DNA of 64,000 nucleotides from assembly GCA_030390025.1 (NCBI GenBank), contig CM059425.1:169386001-169450000 (forward strand), written 5' to 3'. Under the pieces are notes generated by a model. The model had not been told where the DNA came from and ran no database searches. It saw nothing but the letters and a program-made list of their open reading frames with translations. Of the stretch, positions 24,966 to 38,306 are shown piece after piece. The DNA is from Squalus acanthias (Eukaryota). Both the position numbers and the translations under genes were made by a program. Position 1 is the first letter of the stretch; the number at the start of each line of letters is the position of its first letter.

Positions 24966-25180
24966 AAAAAAAAAAAATTTATATAGCGCCTTTCACGACC
25001 ACCGGATGTCTCAAAGCGCTTTACAGCCAATGAAGTACTTTTGAAGTGTAGTCACTGTTGTAATGTAGGAAACGCGGCAGCCAATTTGCGCACAGCAAGC
25101 TCTCACAAACAGCAATGTGATAATGACCAGATAATTTGGTTTAGTGATGTTGATTGAGAGATAAATATTGGCCAGGTCAT
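24966..25180 (-). mobile_element. DeuSINE (SacSINE1-like) 3' half
   Basis: aaagcgctttacagccaatgaagtacttttgaagtgtagtcactgttgtaatgtaggaaacgcggcagccaatttgcgcacagcaag matches 31866-32310 in reverse. Confidence 0.85.
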
Positions 25181-25439
25181 AGGAGAATTCAAGTCTTTTC
25201 ATTATTCTGGGAATAATACTGAAAACTTACTTAGATATCAAAGTTATTGAAGACACAGCTGAATGCATAGAAAATTGAGATTCATCTAAGAGAGTATTCT
25301 AGGATATTGGAGCCGAAAATCTAAAGTAAGGATAGAAAAGACCCAAAAGCGTAACACTGTGCAGCACCATTAGTTTTAAATAGGAAATGCCTATTATAAT
25401 ATCTGCACTGTAGATGATCGCTCAATTAGGTTAGTTTTC

Positions 25440-26360
25440 GCCCAATTTCCTCTCTTTTATCTCTCCTCTTTTGAATGCTCTGACTCTTGCTGGTTTACAG
25501 TTCCCTCAGTGTTGGAAGCGCTCTGGTATCTTACCCGATTGGCCATGTGAGTCCAGACACTGACCGTTAGAAAGTTAGTCAATTGTGGAAGGCATCACAT
25601 CTAAGTCCGATCCTGTATTTACTCAACATCTACATGTCAACTTTCCAGGAGGGTCCATTAGATAACAACCAGTAGCAAGGGTCTGGCTGATAGCTTTCCC
25701 TCCATAACCAAAGGAGCTCCGCCCCTGCCTCAGTTCATCTGCTGCTGAAATCCTCATCCATGCCTTTGTTGCCTCTAGACTCGACTATTCCAATGTTCTC
25801 CTGGCTGGCTTCCCATCTTGCACCCTCTGTAACTTGAGCTCATACAAAACTCTGCTGCCTGTATCATAACTCACACCATGTCCCATTCACCCATCACCCC
25901 TGTACTCACTGACTTACATTGTCTCCCGGTCCAACAATGCCTCGATTTTTAACATTCTCATCCTTTTTCAACTCTGCGCTCCTCCAATTCTGGCTTCTTG
26001 CACATCCCCGATTTTAATCGTTCCAACATTGGCGGCCGTGCTTTCAGCTGACTAGGCCCTAAAGCTCTCTGCCTCTCTACCTCTCTCTCCTTTAAGATGC
26101 TCCTTAAAACCTACCTCGTTGACCAAGCTTTTGATCATCTGTCCTAATATCTCCTTATGTGGCCTGTTGTCAAATTTTGTTTGATATTGCTCCTGTGAAG
26201 CGCCTTGGGACGTTTTACTGCATTACAGGCGCTATATAAATGCAAGTTGTTGTTGTTTTTGGCATTAAGACCAATTGTAGTATCCCTACTGTTATTAGCT
26301 GGTCAACTTACTCAGCACAGACTTGGGATCAAATCAGAGACCTGCCAGTCTGTATAGCAA
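25440..26360 (-). repeat. Old SINE-like repeat interrupted by L2
   Basis: The two flanks of the L2 join into one repeat sharing motifs (ccaattgtag, actcagcacagact) with 39650-39790 and 53790-53950. Confidence 0.5.
25715..26258 (+). mobile_element. L2 LINE 3' fragment
   Basis: gctgaaatcctcatccatgcctttgttgcctctagactcgactattccaat (AEILIHAFVASRLDYSN) followed by an L2 tail with gttgttg. Confidence 0.88.
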
Positions 26361-28411
26361 TACACGAGCAAGTTCTTTTATCTATTATTGACATAGCCCT
26401 GAAAATCTGCAGGACGGTGCACCTCAGCAAATGTATTGAGATGTGCCTGTTCCAACCTCTGTTGCTGATCCTGCCAAAGTTGACAGGTCATCTGAATTAC
26501 ATGGCTGCAATAAACTGGGGACAGATCTGAACCACTCATCTGCTGAAGTGGCCAGAAAATCAGTCGAAGAGTCCTGGGCTGGGGTGGATGTTGGTTCCCC
26601 ACCCCTCTGGAGAAGACCCTGCGATCTCCATGCAAAAGGGGCTGCCTCATAAACTTTGAGGGTCCAGGCTGTGATCCTGGCCCGAACACCCTCTACCCAC
26701 CCGCCCACACCCACCCCCCCCCACCCCCCCTCCCGGTTGGTCAGTTTGTAAACCTGGCCTCACCAGGCCTCCGACAATATGGTAGGCCGTTAGTAGGCCC
26801 AGGGTGTGGGAATGTCAACTTTTGGAATTCCCGTCACCAGCCTGGCCACCGTTTAGGCTACTGGTCTTGAAAAAGGCAGGTGGAGGCTCCGCCTGAACAA
26901 GGCCAAATATGAATCCCTGGCATTTGCAGGTTCCGATTTAGTTTCTGGCCATTCTGGCAAACTTCCGCTGGAGCGACTACGGATTTTCATCCCCAAGAAT
27001 ACTGCTCAATATACAGCACTCCAAATCTTTACTGTATCACATCTTTGAAGACAGTAGAATATTCAGTCTAATTACTTATTTTATGTAATTTTTGTTGGTG
27101 AAAGGCACATGGTTTACAGAACAACATTAAAGCACATTATTTGGGCAATTGTCTAGACAATGTTCTGTGTCTGCAGCTATCAACTGAATTAACTAAAGAT
27201 AGTGAGCAAATAAGCAAATGGCTTTGTCCTTTATTGTATTCAACTGTTTCAATATTTAAAAAAGTCAAATGAGTTAATAATGTTCTGATAGCACAAAAAT
27301 AGATTGATTGGAAGTTACACCACATTAGAAGGAATATTCATATATCTTTAATGGATTTAATTTAATTTTACAATGGCTTCATTAGAGTTCAGTATTTGAT
27401 GATTCTGAAGAGTTTGTTTAATGAAACATGAAAGATGCAAAGTAAATTCTGGAAAAGAAGTCTCAGCACCTGACAGCAGCATTTTTTCCACAGTTGTACT
27501 TCTTCCTCTGTTATGACGCCTAGTTTAAATGTATCAAGGGCGGTTGTTCAAGGGCTCTCACATGTATATTTTTCAATGTCAAGAAATAACAAAAATCAAC
27601 TCAGGATGACTTTTTAAATCAATCAGGTTAGCAGGTTTCTGGCCAAGTTCTCACTCCACAAACAGCCTGAATTGATTGAACGTAGTGTTGAATCCAGTGG
27701 GGTGAGCAAAATGAGTCCAAATCTTCAGATATGCCAACAAGTAAAGATCAATTGTGAATCAATAACAGCCAGATATTAAATTGAATGTTGTCACAGTTAT
27801 CCTTGACTTTATGATAATTTATTATAGGATCATTTCATTTAGCTTAGCAAAATTTCAGTTAAATTGCCCATTTCTAATTTCATCAGAATAAAATGTACCC
27901 TGAACACCTAATGAGCTACATTTACGGCTCTGAAATTAACAGATATCTAATGCACCCTCTTTCACAGATAACCTTGACATAATGTTATGATATTAACATT
28001 GCAGGATAAAAGCAAGAACGTTTCTGTTTTCTTGTTAGGTTAACTGTCTGGTACTAATGGCTTACCGATTATACTTTTTTCATTGGTTATAGCCTCTGGT
28101 TCCCTTCGTATTGTTTGAATGTTGCTCTTCTGAATGTAGAACGACTTCTATGTACTGTTTCCTATCCAACTCTAGGGTCCTTGATATATTTACATTATTT
28201 ATAAGTTATGCTGACGTTTCCCTAAAGTTACACGTGTGAACAGTATTATGGCTTGAGGTCCTTGTACTGCACCACTATCCAGAATTCACTTTATTTTCAG
28301 CACAATTCTAGCACTCTACCAAAGGTATTTTGTTGTTCTCCATTAGTCTGTCTTCCACTTCTTTTGACCTTATCTAACTTGTCCATTGTTTTTTACTTTG
28401 CTACTCTGGCA

Positions 28412-28666
28412 TTACATAGAATTACATAGAAATTATCAAACCCCTTCATAATTTTAAAGACCTCTATTAGGTCACCCCTCAGCCTTGTCTTTTCTAGAGA
28501 AAAGAGCCCCAGTCTGTTCAGTGTTTCTTGATAATTATAACCTTTCAGTTCTGGTATAATCCTTGTGAATCTTTTTTGTACCTTCTCCAGTGCCCCTATA
28601 TCCTTTTTGTAATATGGAGACCAGAACTGTGCACATACTCTAAGTGTGGTCTAACCAAGGTCCTAT
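28412..28666 (-). mobile_element. CR1 fragment, internally deleted
   Basis: tacatagaa tail joined to ORF2 3' sequence (ggagaccagaactgtgcaca...gtgtggtctaaccaagg). Confidence 0.75.
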
Positions 28667-30697
28667 GGTCATGAAATTTGGCCCGTTAGCACCGGCTGAT
28701 AAGGCCGGTTTGAGTGAAAAAAGAATGGCTGCCTTGCTTCCGCCCACTTCTGGTGCAGAACACGGCGGCCGCCATTTTGAGCAGGTCAGCAGTGCTGCCG
28801 TTGCCTGCACTCACTGCAGATATGGAAATTAGTTAGATTGTGACGGCAATCAGCGTGCAATGCTGAATTAACGCATGACCTGCTATTTTGGACGTTTCCG
28901 CTCCTTTTAACGCCCTCTCCAAAACACGCACAGCAAAAAGTGCGTTCAGCTGTTCGATTGACCCCCTACTAACACTTAAAGGGACACATGCAACTTTCAG
29001 GCAAGTTTAGATTTTTGCTTTTGGACTGGTTTCTTTACATTTTATTTGAGTGGTGGCTTGGTGTAAGACATTTAAAAAGTTGTTAAAGTGTGAAGGGAGT
29101 GCAGGGAGTGCTTCTGGATGTTTGCAAGGCTTTGGCTCTTTAAGGAAGGCCTCTGAGAACACCACTTGCTCCCAGTCCTAGCGGCTCTAGTTGCAGTCCC
29201 CCTTGTGCTGCAGCATGTCATGGAGATGGAGCAGAGGCAGCAAAGGGGACAAGCTGCTCGCAGAGGGAGGAGGAAGCAGAAGAGCAGAAGAGGAGGAAGT
29301 GGAAGGAAGGAGGCAACCTAGACAACTCCTTTTTGCCGGGATATCCAGGATCGAATCATTCGCCTGTCGTACCAGTCAGCACAACCCCAATTCCCCTTAC
29401 AACATTTGTCCCACATCTTACATTCCCTCTGTTACTGAACATCACAGCATCGTCTTGGCTACAAAAATAAAAGCCACCACAAAGCAAACTTTCCAATCCA
29501 ACTTCATCCAATATTACTTCAAAAAAATCAACTAATCACCCTTGTGCATTCCCTTAGTGACTGTCTTGCATGTGCCTTTGTCTGTCCTAGTGCTGTCATG
29601 CAGTGCTACCCCAGTGGCTGCAGCATGGCTGGTGGAAGATTGCTAACTTTCAGTTGGGGACACTGCAGATGGCCTTGCAGGATGACCTCCAGGAGCTGGT
29701 GGCTGGGAGTGTGAAATCGAATGACAGTGTTTCTTCTTCTTCTTCACTCTCCTCTCCCTCTTCTTGTTGACCCACTGGCTGGGCAGGCTAGATTTCTTGG
29801 GTGTCTGAAATGAGGAAGGCATAAAGGTAGGGTTGTGGTGAGGGGAGTTAAATCGAGAGGTGCATGCTTACACCACGTGCAGTTTGTAAATCAGAAGAGA
29901 TTATGGGATGAGGGGGAAGCGGTATGTGAGAAGGAGGATAACATATGAGGATACTAGCATCTGGTATTCTTTCAGCCCTGCCACTGGCCAAGAGCTCAGC
30001 CATGCCCCTGCCAAGAATGGCCAGCACCATCTCCTCCAAGGGGGTGAGGTGAAGCTCGGAATGTGAGGTGTGCCTCGTCTTTGGTAGAGATTGTTGGTAG
30101 GTGAGTGATGGGGGGGGGTCACACATTGAGCAGTGTGTGAGGCTCATGGTGCAGTTGGTAGGAGGCAGCTTTTGAAGATGCTTTCACTGACCTTGACCAC
30201 TCGTCTGATGTCATGAAACTCCTTTGGGCTCTGGAGCTGGGTTGTGGGGGCGACACTGCTGGCAGTGACGGCCTCGGTGACCTGGTCCCACGTCTTTCTT
30301 TCTGGAGGGCCTCCTGGACCCTGTGGGTAGAGGATCTCTCTTCCAGTGTTGACCCACTGCACAAAGCTCGAATGCTGCATCCAAGACCCTGGGTGCCCTT
30401 TCCCTGACCTGTTGAGTCCTGAAGCACTTTTATGATTTTTGATCTGCAGAAGACAGCTCACCTTTAAGAGGTGCAGACAGCCTTTAAGAAGCTAAAGCTA
30501 GCCTCGCTCGAACATCGCAGACTTCAGCCCCAGCTGAGTGCACAGCCTGTCAGCAGCGTGTTCAGCACTGGGCTGTGCGCTATAATCATTATAATTAGTA
30601 GGCAGCATGAAGTTGATGTGCTGCCTGTGCTCCTTGTACGGCATATCACGCATCGCGGTGCCCATGTCCTTTTTCAGCGCTATGGAATTTCACCCCT
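28667..30697. mobile_element. Internally deleted Harbinger related to 32708-37655
   Basis: Ends GGTCATGAAATT / AATTTCACCCCT, TAT TSD. Transposase N- and C-termini are fused near 29270-29300. Myb remnants lie on the minus strand at 29540-30430. Confidence 0.85.
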
Positions 30698-30749
30698 TAT
30701 TACATCTGCTTCTTAGGCCCATTTTCAGCTCTTGCTTGGCTGTTTCCAT

Positions 30750-31437
30750 GGGGGGAATTTTACCAGCCCTGGGGAGGCGGGTATGGAGGCGGGACTGCCG
30801 GGAAAATGGCAGAAACTGGGAGTGGGTACTGAACCCGCACCCAACCCGCCTCCGTGCCATCTTCCTGGGAGGCAGGTCCCCAACACGCGCAGGGACCCAT
30901 CTCCTCGAGGCGGAAAGGGGATTACAGCCAATTTACCCACACAAGTGCGGGCTTCCCGACAGCTGCAAATCTTGCCAGGGTCAGCGAGGCGAGCAGTGGG
31001 TCTGCGGGGGTGAGAGGGGTCGAAAAGTGCACTGTGGAGGTGAGTGATGGGTGCAAGTGTGGAGAGGTAAGTATGGAAGGTGAGTGTAAAGTGTTAGAAA
31101 AAGTTTCCTTTCCTTTGCTTCTTCCTACAGGCTTCAACCCTTAGGGATCCGGAGGTGCCTCATCTCAACAGCAAAGATGACAGAATGGCTGCTGCATTCT
31201 CCGATGCAACAGCCATCTGATTTCTGCTAAAGAAAGAGGTTTGGTGAGTCTTCAGTACAAGGACTCACCAAAGAACAGAGATTGTCAGTGTTTGACAGCT
31301 TCTCCAAAGCAGGGCAGGCTTAACAAAGTCAATCAAGGGTAAATAGCGTGGGCTGGCCGGTGTCGTTGGGGGTGGGACTGAAACCGGACAACCAGCAGTC
31401 CCGCCCCCAACGCGCCCCCATTGATAAAATCCAGCAC
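30750..31437 (+). mobile_element. Harbinger-type MITE family E, copy 1
   Basis: Ends GGGGGGAATTTT / AAAATCCAGCAC. Homologous to 38307-39152 and 56727-57522. Confidence 0.88.
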
Positions 31438-31865
31438 AATATCTTTCCTGTTCCATGTTCCATCTTTTTGTGTATAAACTTCAAATCATCAAAGACTGCA
31501 GTTTTTATGTGCAAGATTACATTAAGGTTGCCATGCTTGGCTGCAGTTTTCTGAGAGGAAAAATAAATAAGATAACAATTTATTGGTTAATGGAAAAGCA
31601 AAATTATAATTAACCTCTGCTAGTCACTTACTTGTCAATTGAACTGAATAATTATTGCACCCTTGACTGATACATGACAAAAGCTTCCAGAGATCTCACA
31701 GGCCCAAACCAGTCTTGAATTTACAGCTGAACGGCTTTAATGTTAAAGACATTCTTAGAGCTGTTTATTGAGATTCCATTCATGATTTTCTTGCCTTTTT
31801 TAATTGAATAAAATAATCAATATCATAGTTATTGCCTGTCCTCTACTGGGTTTTTACATATTTAA

Positions 31866-32310
31866 GGGTGTCAATCTTGGTTCAGTGATAGCACTCTCAC
31901 CTCTAACTCAGAGGGTTCTAGCCCCATTGAAGAGACTTGAGCACATAATCTAGGCTGACACTTCAGTGCAGTACTGAGGGAGTGCTGCACTATTGGAGGT
32001 GCCATCTTTCGGATGAGACGTTAAACCAAGTCCCCGTCTGTCCTCAGGTAGACGTGAAGGATCCCACGGCATTATTTGAAGAAGAGCAGGGGTCCCAGAG
32101 TCCTGGCCAATATTTACCCCTCAACCTAAAAACAGATGGTCTGGTCATTTATTTTGTTGCTGTTTGTGGGAGCTTGCTGTGTGCAAATTGGTTGCTGCGT
32201 TTCCTACATTACAACAGTGACTACACTTCAAAAGTACTTCATTGGCTGTACACCACCTTGGGACATCCTGAGATCATGAAAGGAGCTATATAAATGCAAG
32301 TTCTTTTTTT
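31866..32310 (+). mobile_element. DeuSINE (SacSINE1-like), near full length
   Basis: tRNA-like head, Deu domain (cagtactgagggagtgctgcac...ctttcggatgagacgttaaacc) and L2-type tail ctatataaatgcaagttc. Confidence 0.88.
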
Positions 32311-33025
32311 TCTTTCTGTCTTTCTTTTTTTCTTTCATATTAGTGTATTTCCTTTATGATGGTTTTATCCAGCAGTGTTCTTCTCACTGTTATTTCCAGT
32401 GCATTTCTATTTGGTTACCAACAAGACCTAAAATGTAGAATGTATAACATACATAAAGGCAAGGACATTGGGCCCAGCTAAATGAACTGTTGATTATAAT
32501 TTGTGTGAAAAATCCTATTTGGGCTCCTTTAGAGGAATTCGATCTAAATTACATTTTTGGCTTAAAAGTTTAGCATGACTTTTAAAAAAATATAAATGTT
32601 TAAAATGGAGTCTCACTATCAGAATCACTCCATCAGGGGCCTGTATACATCATGGGTCCCAGATTTGCTTTTATTAATGAGGCTGCTGGCGGTCACCAAA
32701 ACTAACAGGCCTAGAAATTCGGTTCCACGGTGCCCGTTGTTTGGGTCCTACGGTGCCAAATTGAGACCAAAATGGCTTCCGAGCAGCGCAGGCACACTTC
32801 TGGTGCGAGCCGTGCAGCACGCCAGCTTGGTGAGTGCAGTAGGGCGGCCGTTAGAAACGTGCGCTGGAAGTATGGTAAATAGGCAGATCGTGACGTCAAT
32901 CAGCATGCAACGCTGATTTGACATCAGCGCTGCCATTTTTGTTGTCATCGCTGGAGCTAACGCCCTGTCTTAACCTCACACAGCTGAACATGCATTCAGC
33001 AGCAGGAAGGACCTCCCACCAGCGT

Positions 33026-33036
33026 TATTTAAAGGG
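33026..33036 (+). promoter_or_regulatory. TATA-like TATTTAAAGGG upstream of the transposase
   Basis: About 180 bp before ATG 33211. The same motif occupies the equivalent place in family B (rc of 45582-45595). Function is inferred only. Confidence 0.4.
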
Positions 33037-33210
33037 ACCATCAACAGGTAACTTGATTTTTGATTTCTACTGGCTCTGTGTAAGTTTGTGGAAGTCTTTG
33101 GAGCTTTCTAGAGTAATTTAAAGTTGGTGAGGTGACAGGGAGTGGTGCTGCAAGTGGAGAAGGCCTTGGTTCTGATTCCAATAGTTCTGGTCAGACCACT
33201 TGCTCCAGTC

Positions 33211-34380
33211 ATGGGTGCTCTAGTTGTCATCCTCCTTGGCCTGCAGCATGACAGGGAGATGGAGCAGAGGCAGCAAAGAAGAGGACAAGCTGCTCACAGA
33301 GGGAGGAGGAGGAGGAGGGGGAGAAGGGCTCTCAGCAGGAGGCCTTACCCACCTAGGATCTTCCGAGAGCAATTCTTTTATCTCAACCTGAGCCAGGAGC
33401 AGTGTGTGAGGCATCTGCAATTTACGAAGGGGGTGCTCACAGAACTTTGCCACCTCTTGCAACCAGACCTGCAGCCTCACACCAGGGCAAGGACAGCGCT
33501 GCCAGTGGCTGTGAAGATGACCATGGCCCTGAATTTCTACGCGTCGGGATCCTTCCAGGCTGGAGTAGGTGACATCTGTAACACCTCACAGTTTGCTGTA
33601 TACTGTTGCATAAGAGAGGTGACAGACGCTCTTTATGCCAGGAGAGGGGAGTTCATTGACTTCTCTCTGACCTGCAGAAAGGACCAGAGAGAAGACAACG
33701 GAGCGTGCACATGGCTTTGCCAGGATAGCATACTTCCCCATGGTGCAGGAGGCCATTGACTGCACGCACATGGCTTTGCGGGCACAGTATATAGATACTG
33801 CAACCACAAAGGTTACCACTTGCTGAATGTGCAGTTGGTGTGCGACCATGCTCAACACATCATGATGGTGAATGCCCAGTATCCTGGCAGCAGTCATGAT
33901 GCTTTTATTCTGTGCCAGTCTTTGTTCCCTCAGTCTTTGAGTCACCAAGACAAACCAGACGGTGGCTATTGGGTGACAAAGGCTATCTCTTGACCACCTG
34001 GCTCATGACTCCGCTCCGCAATCCAACCACACATGGGCAGCATGCTTACAACGAGAGCCATGCTGCCACATGAATCATCATAGAGCAGACCATTGGCATC
34101 TTTAAACAATGCTTCCGCTGCCTGGACCGCTCTGGGATCCTACAGTACTTACCGGAGCATGTGTCCTGATTCATCGTGGTCAGCTGTATCATCTACAACC
34201 TAAACATAATGAGGGAACCACCCTTGCCACAAGGGATATGGCCAGCAGCTCAGGAACAGGAGGAGGAGGACGCTGAAGAGGAAGAGGAGGAGGAGGAAGC
34301 GAAAGGAAAGAAGCAACCCAGACAGCCACTTTCTGGCCGGGATATCTAGGATCTAATCATCTGCCTGCGATACCATTTAA
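33211..34380 (+). pseudogene. HARBI1-like transposase with multiple frameshifts and stops
   Basis: MGALVVILLG...YPPRIFRE...LNFYASGSFQ, then out-of-frame AIDCTH, LLGDKGY, IIEQTIG and FRCLD. Confidence 0.92.
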
Positions 34381-34559
34381 CGCAACCCCTTTTCCGCATT
34401 CAACATTAGTCCCACATCTTACCTTCTCTCTGTTACTGACCATCACAGCGTCATCTTGGCCACAATGCTTACATAAAAGCCACCATAAAGCAAACATTCC
34501 AATCAAATATTATCCATATATCCATCCAATATTACATCGAAAATTTAACTTATCACCCC

Positions 34560-37332
34560 TTGTGTATTCCCTTAGTGACTGTCTTGCGTGTGCCTTTGCC
34601 TATCATACTGCTCCTACGCATTGCTACCCCAGTGGCTGCAGCATGGCTGGTGGAAGGCTGCTGACTTTCAGTGGTAGAGGTTTCAGATGGCCTTGCAGGA
34701 TGACCCCAAGGATCTCTAGGCCTAGTAGGCCCAGCTTCAGACTACACCACCTCAGCATGTGCGCAGCAGTCTGGGCTGACTGGCTGGCAGACAACAGCAA
34801 GGGCACTGGCGGTGTCGGAGTGGTGGGAGGATGAATGCTGTTATCCTGAGTGAGGACAGCAGGGTCGTCCTCCATGGATCCATTGCCACTCCCCCGGGGC
34901 AGCGCCTCAGCAATCCTAGTAATCTGCTGGAGTACAGACTGCTGGACTGCTGTGACACCCTGCAAGCCCTTTTCAACACTGGGAAACCCAGTCTGTGCTT
35001 GCGAGGAAGCAAGCTGAGCTTGCATGACTTCAGTCTGAGCTTCCATTACTGCACTCAGATGTTGGGTGGCTTGTGCTTGTGCTGCACTGGAAGCTGAGAC
35101 ATCGGCCATCAGACGCTACATGATGGTTGGGTCCACAAGTGCGTTAATGGATCTGCCCAGCCCTTCCACGCTGGAAAGGATGGGCTCCAAGCTCTGCGCA
35201 AAGCTCTGTGCAGGGCTGGAGCTGGACTCCTCCATGCTCCTTGACATTGCATTCAGGCTTTCTGGCAGGCCTGCCATAGAAACATAGAAACATAGAAGAT
35301 AGGAGCAGGAGTAGGCCATTCGGCCCCTCGAGCCTGTTCCGCCATTTAATGAGATCATGGCTGATCATCCAAATTCAGTACCCTGTCCCTGCTTTCTCCC
35401 CATATCCCTTGGTCCCTTTAGCCTTAAGAAATATATCTAACTCCTTCTTGAATATATTTAATGAATTGGCCTCAACTGCCTTCTGTGGTAGAGAATTCCA
35501 CAGGTTCACCACTCTCTGGGTGAAGAAATTCCTCCTCATCTCAGTCCTAAATGGCTTACCCCTTATCCTTAGACTGTGACCTCTGGTTCTGGACTCCCCC
35601 GCCATCGGGAACATCCTTCCTGCATCTAGTCTGTCTAGTCCTGTTAGAATTTTATAAGTTTCAATGAGATCCCCTCTCATTCTTCTAAACTCTAGCGAAT
35701 ATAAGCCTAATCGACCCAATCTCTCTTCATACGTCATTCCTGCCATCCCAGGTATCAGTCTGGTGAATCTTCGCTGCACTCCCTCCATGGCAAGAACATC
35801 CTTCCTCAGATAAGGCGACCAAAACTGCACACAATACTCAAGGTGTGGTCTCACCAAAGCCCTGTACAACTGCAGCAAGACATCCTTGCTCCTGTACTCG
35901 AATCCTCTCGATATGAAGGCCAACATACCATTTGCCTTCTTAACCGCCTGCTGCACCTGCATGCTTACCTTCAGCGACTGGTGCACAAGAACACCCAGGT
36001 CTCGTTGCACTTCCCCTTTTCCCAATCTATTGCCGTTCAGATAATAATCTGTCTTCCTGTTTTTGCCACCAAAGTGGATAACCTCGCATTTATCCACATT
36101 ATACTGCATCTGCCATGCATCTGTCCAATCACCCAACCTGTCCACATTATACTGCATCTGCCAATGCACCAAGCATTTCATTGTGCATACCCATCAGCGT
36201 TCTTTTATTGGCCGCCCCATCGAGGTCTTCATCTGAGTCCTGTGCAGCAGAACTCATGAGCGACCTCACCCTCCAGGGAGCTGGCACCTGCGCTACCTTT
36301 TCCCTATGCCCTGGCTGCAGGCCACTCCTGCCAGTGTCGCCCCATGTGCAGATCCCACATCTAACCTAGCCTCTAAAGTACGTGGAGTGTCAGTATCTGA
36401 GCTGCTGGCTGGGAGTGTGAAATCGAGTGACGGTATTTTTTCTTCTACTTCTTCAATCTCCTCTCCCTCTTGTTCTTTGACCACTGGCTGGGTAGGCTGC
36501 AATTCTTGGGTGTCTGAAATGAGAAAGGCACAAGGGTAGGATTGTGGTAAGGGGAAGGGGGAGAATTAAGAGGTGCATGCTTTCACCATGTGCAGCTTGT
36601 AAATCTGAAGAGATTGTGGGATGAAGTGGAAGTGGGATGTGAGAAGGAGGATAACGTATGAGGATACTGGCATCTTGAATTCCTTCCGCCCCGCCGCTGC
36701 CCACGGGCTCAGCCATGCCCCTGCCAAGAATGGCCTGCACCGTCTCCTCCAAGAGGGTGAGTCGATGCAGGCGAGCTCTGCTGTCTGTGGTTATGCACCA
36801 CCTTTTCCAACAAGAGAAAGGGAAGTGTGTCAGTGAGTGTGGTGCAATGTGTTTAAGTGATGTGTCTGTTATGGTTGAATAGCTGACAGTGTGTTGAAGC
36901 TGTGAGCTGTGGGTGTAGTTATTGCAGCATTGGTAAGTGTGTGAGAATGAGGTGAAGCTGTGAATGTTAGGTATATGAGTCATGATTGATCGAGATTGTT
37001 GGTAGGTGAGTGATGTGGGTGTGGTGCATTGAGCAATGTGTGAGGCTAGTGGTGCAGATGGTAGGATATGGCATTTGAAGATGAATTCACTAACCTTGAC
37101 TACATGTGTGAGGTCATTAAACTTCTTCCTGCACTGAGTCTAGGTCCTTGGGGCTACACTGCTGGCATTGACCACATTGCTATCTGCTCTCACTGCACTC
37201 TGGTCTGTTGCTTGGAGGGCCTCCTGGACCCTGTGGGAAGAGTACCTCTGGCCTGGAGTTGACCTCCTGGACCAACACCTCCAGTGCTGCATCGGAGAAT
37301 CTTGGAGCCCTTTCTGTGGCCTGTTGAGCCAT
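34560..37332 (-). pseudogene. Myb/SANT partner gene, spliced, disrupted by CR1 and frameshifts
   Basis: ORF 37180-37761 contains MAQQATERAPRFSDAALEVLVQEV. Exon-2-like LTLLEETVQAILGR and Q/A-rich last-exon fragments follow. Confidence 0.8.
35277..36163 (-). mobile_element. Young CR1 3' fragment inserted in the Myb gene
   Basis: Uninterrupted 268-aa ORF 35375-36181, (agaaacat)n tail, CTGCCA at both junctions. Confidence 0.95.
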
Positions 37333-38306
37333 TATTAATCTTGTTTTTCTGATAGCCTTCACAATCACTTCCACCACCTGTTGCAGGCTGAAGACACCTC
37401 CCCTATAAGATGTGCAGACTGCCTTTAAGTTGTGCAGGCTAGTTTTAATTGGTGCTAGCCTCACACGAATTTGGGCCTCCTGCTGAGCGTTCAGCCACTC
37501 AGCAGTGCTTTCAGCACTCGGCTGACGGCTACAATCATGCAAAGTAGCAGGCAGCATGAATTTTGAGTGCTGCCTGCAGTCCTCCAAATGGGCGCGGCTT
37601 CCTATCGCAATGTGATCCACATGCCTGTTTTTGGGGGCTGCCGAATTTCTAGGCCACAGTGTTAAAGTTGCAGATCGATGGGAATGGAGTGGGAAATAGA
37701 GCCGCTCCAATTTAACTTCTGCACCACTCCTTTCCTGATAATCAAGAAGAGTTAAAATCACCCCTTACCAGTCTGAAAGCTTCCCTCTATACCATCTCTA
37801 AAGCCATGCTTTGATGCATCTAATCTGGCGCTGGGAATATGACATCAAAAGTAATTTTGAGGTTATTATCCTTGAGGTTCTGTTGTTTAATCTACTACCT
37901 AACTCCTCAAACTTCCTTTGCAAGATCTCCATTCAGTCTTTACTACATCATTGTGCTCTCGTATGAAGAACAACCTCTGACTATTTTTCGTCCTTTTCTA
38001 AAAACATTTCTAAGAGCATCCACTCCATCATGTCCTTTACTCTGGCACCTGGAGGGCATCATAGCCTTTGGGACTCCCAGTCATGGCAGGAAAAAAGACC
38101 ATTTATTCCTCTAAGCACAGAATCTGTGTTGAGTAAAGACCAGACATTACTCCACAGGGAGGTAAAATTAGAGGAAAAGTCACTCTCACACACTTCCTAG
38201 CAGTTAGTTTGAATGGAACTTTGGTGGAGACTTGAGAGCCAGTTTACCACCCACACTCTCTGCTGGAAATGCAGGGCACAATGAAACCAATGAAGGCAGA
38301 TTCTTT

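Larger units (their letters stand above)
32708..37655. mobile_element. Full-length two-gene Harbinger (family C), decayed, with CR1 insertion
   Basis: Perfect 15-bp TIR GGCCTAGAAATTCGG / CCGAATTTCTAGGCC, ACA TSD, convergent transposase and Myb genes. Confidence 0.95.

Noticed and set aside
32654..37765. Older MITE enclosing the family C Harbinger
   Set aside because: Only weak TIR-like ends (aaaatcacccc on the right) and no TSD. The similar GC-rich patches at 14780-15150, 26575-26995 and 52780-53190 were left uncalled for the same reason.
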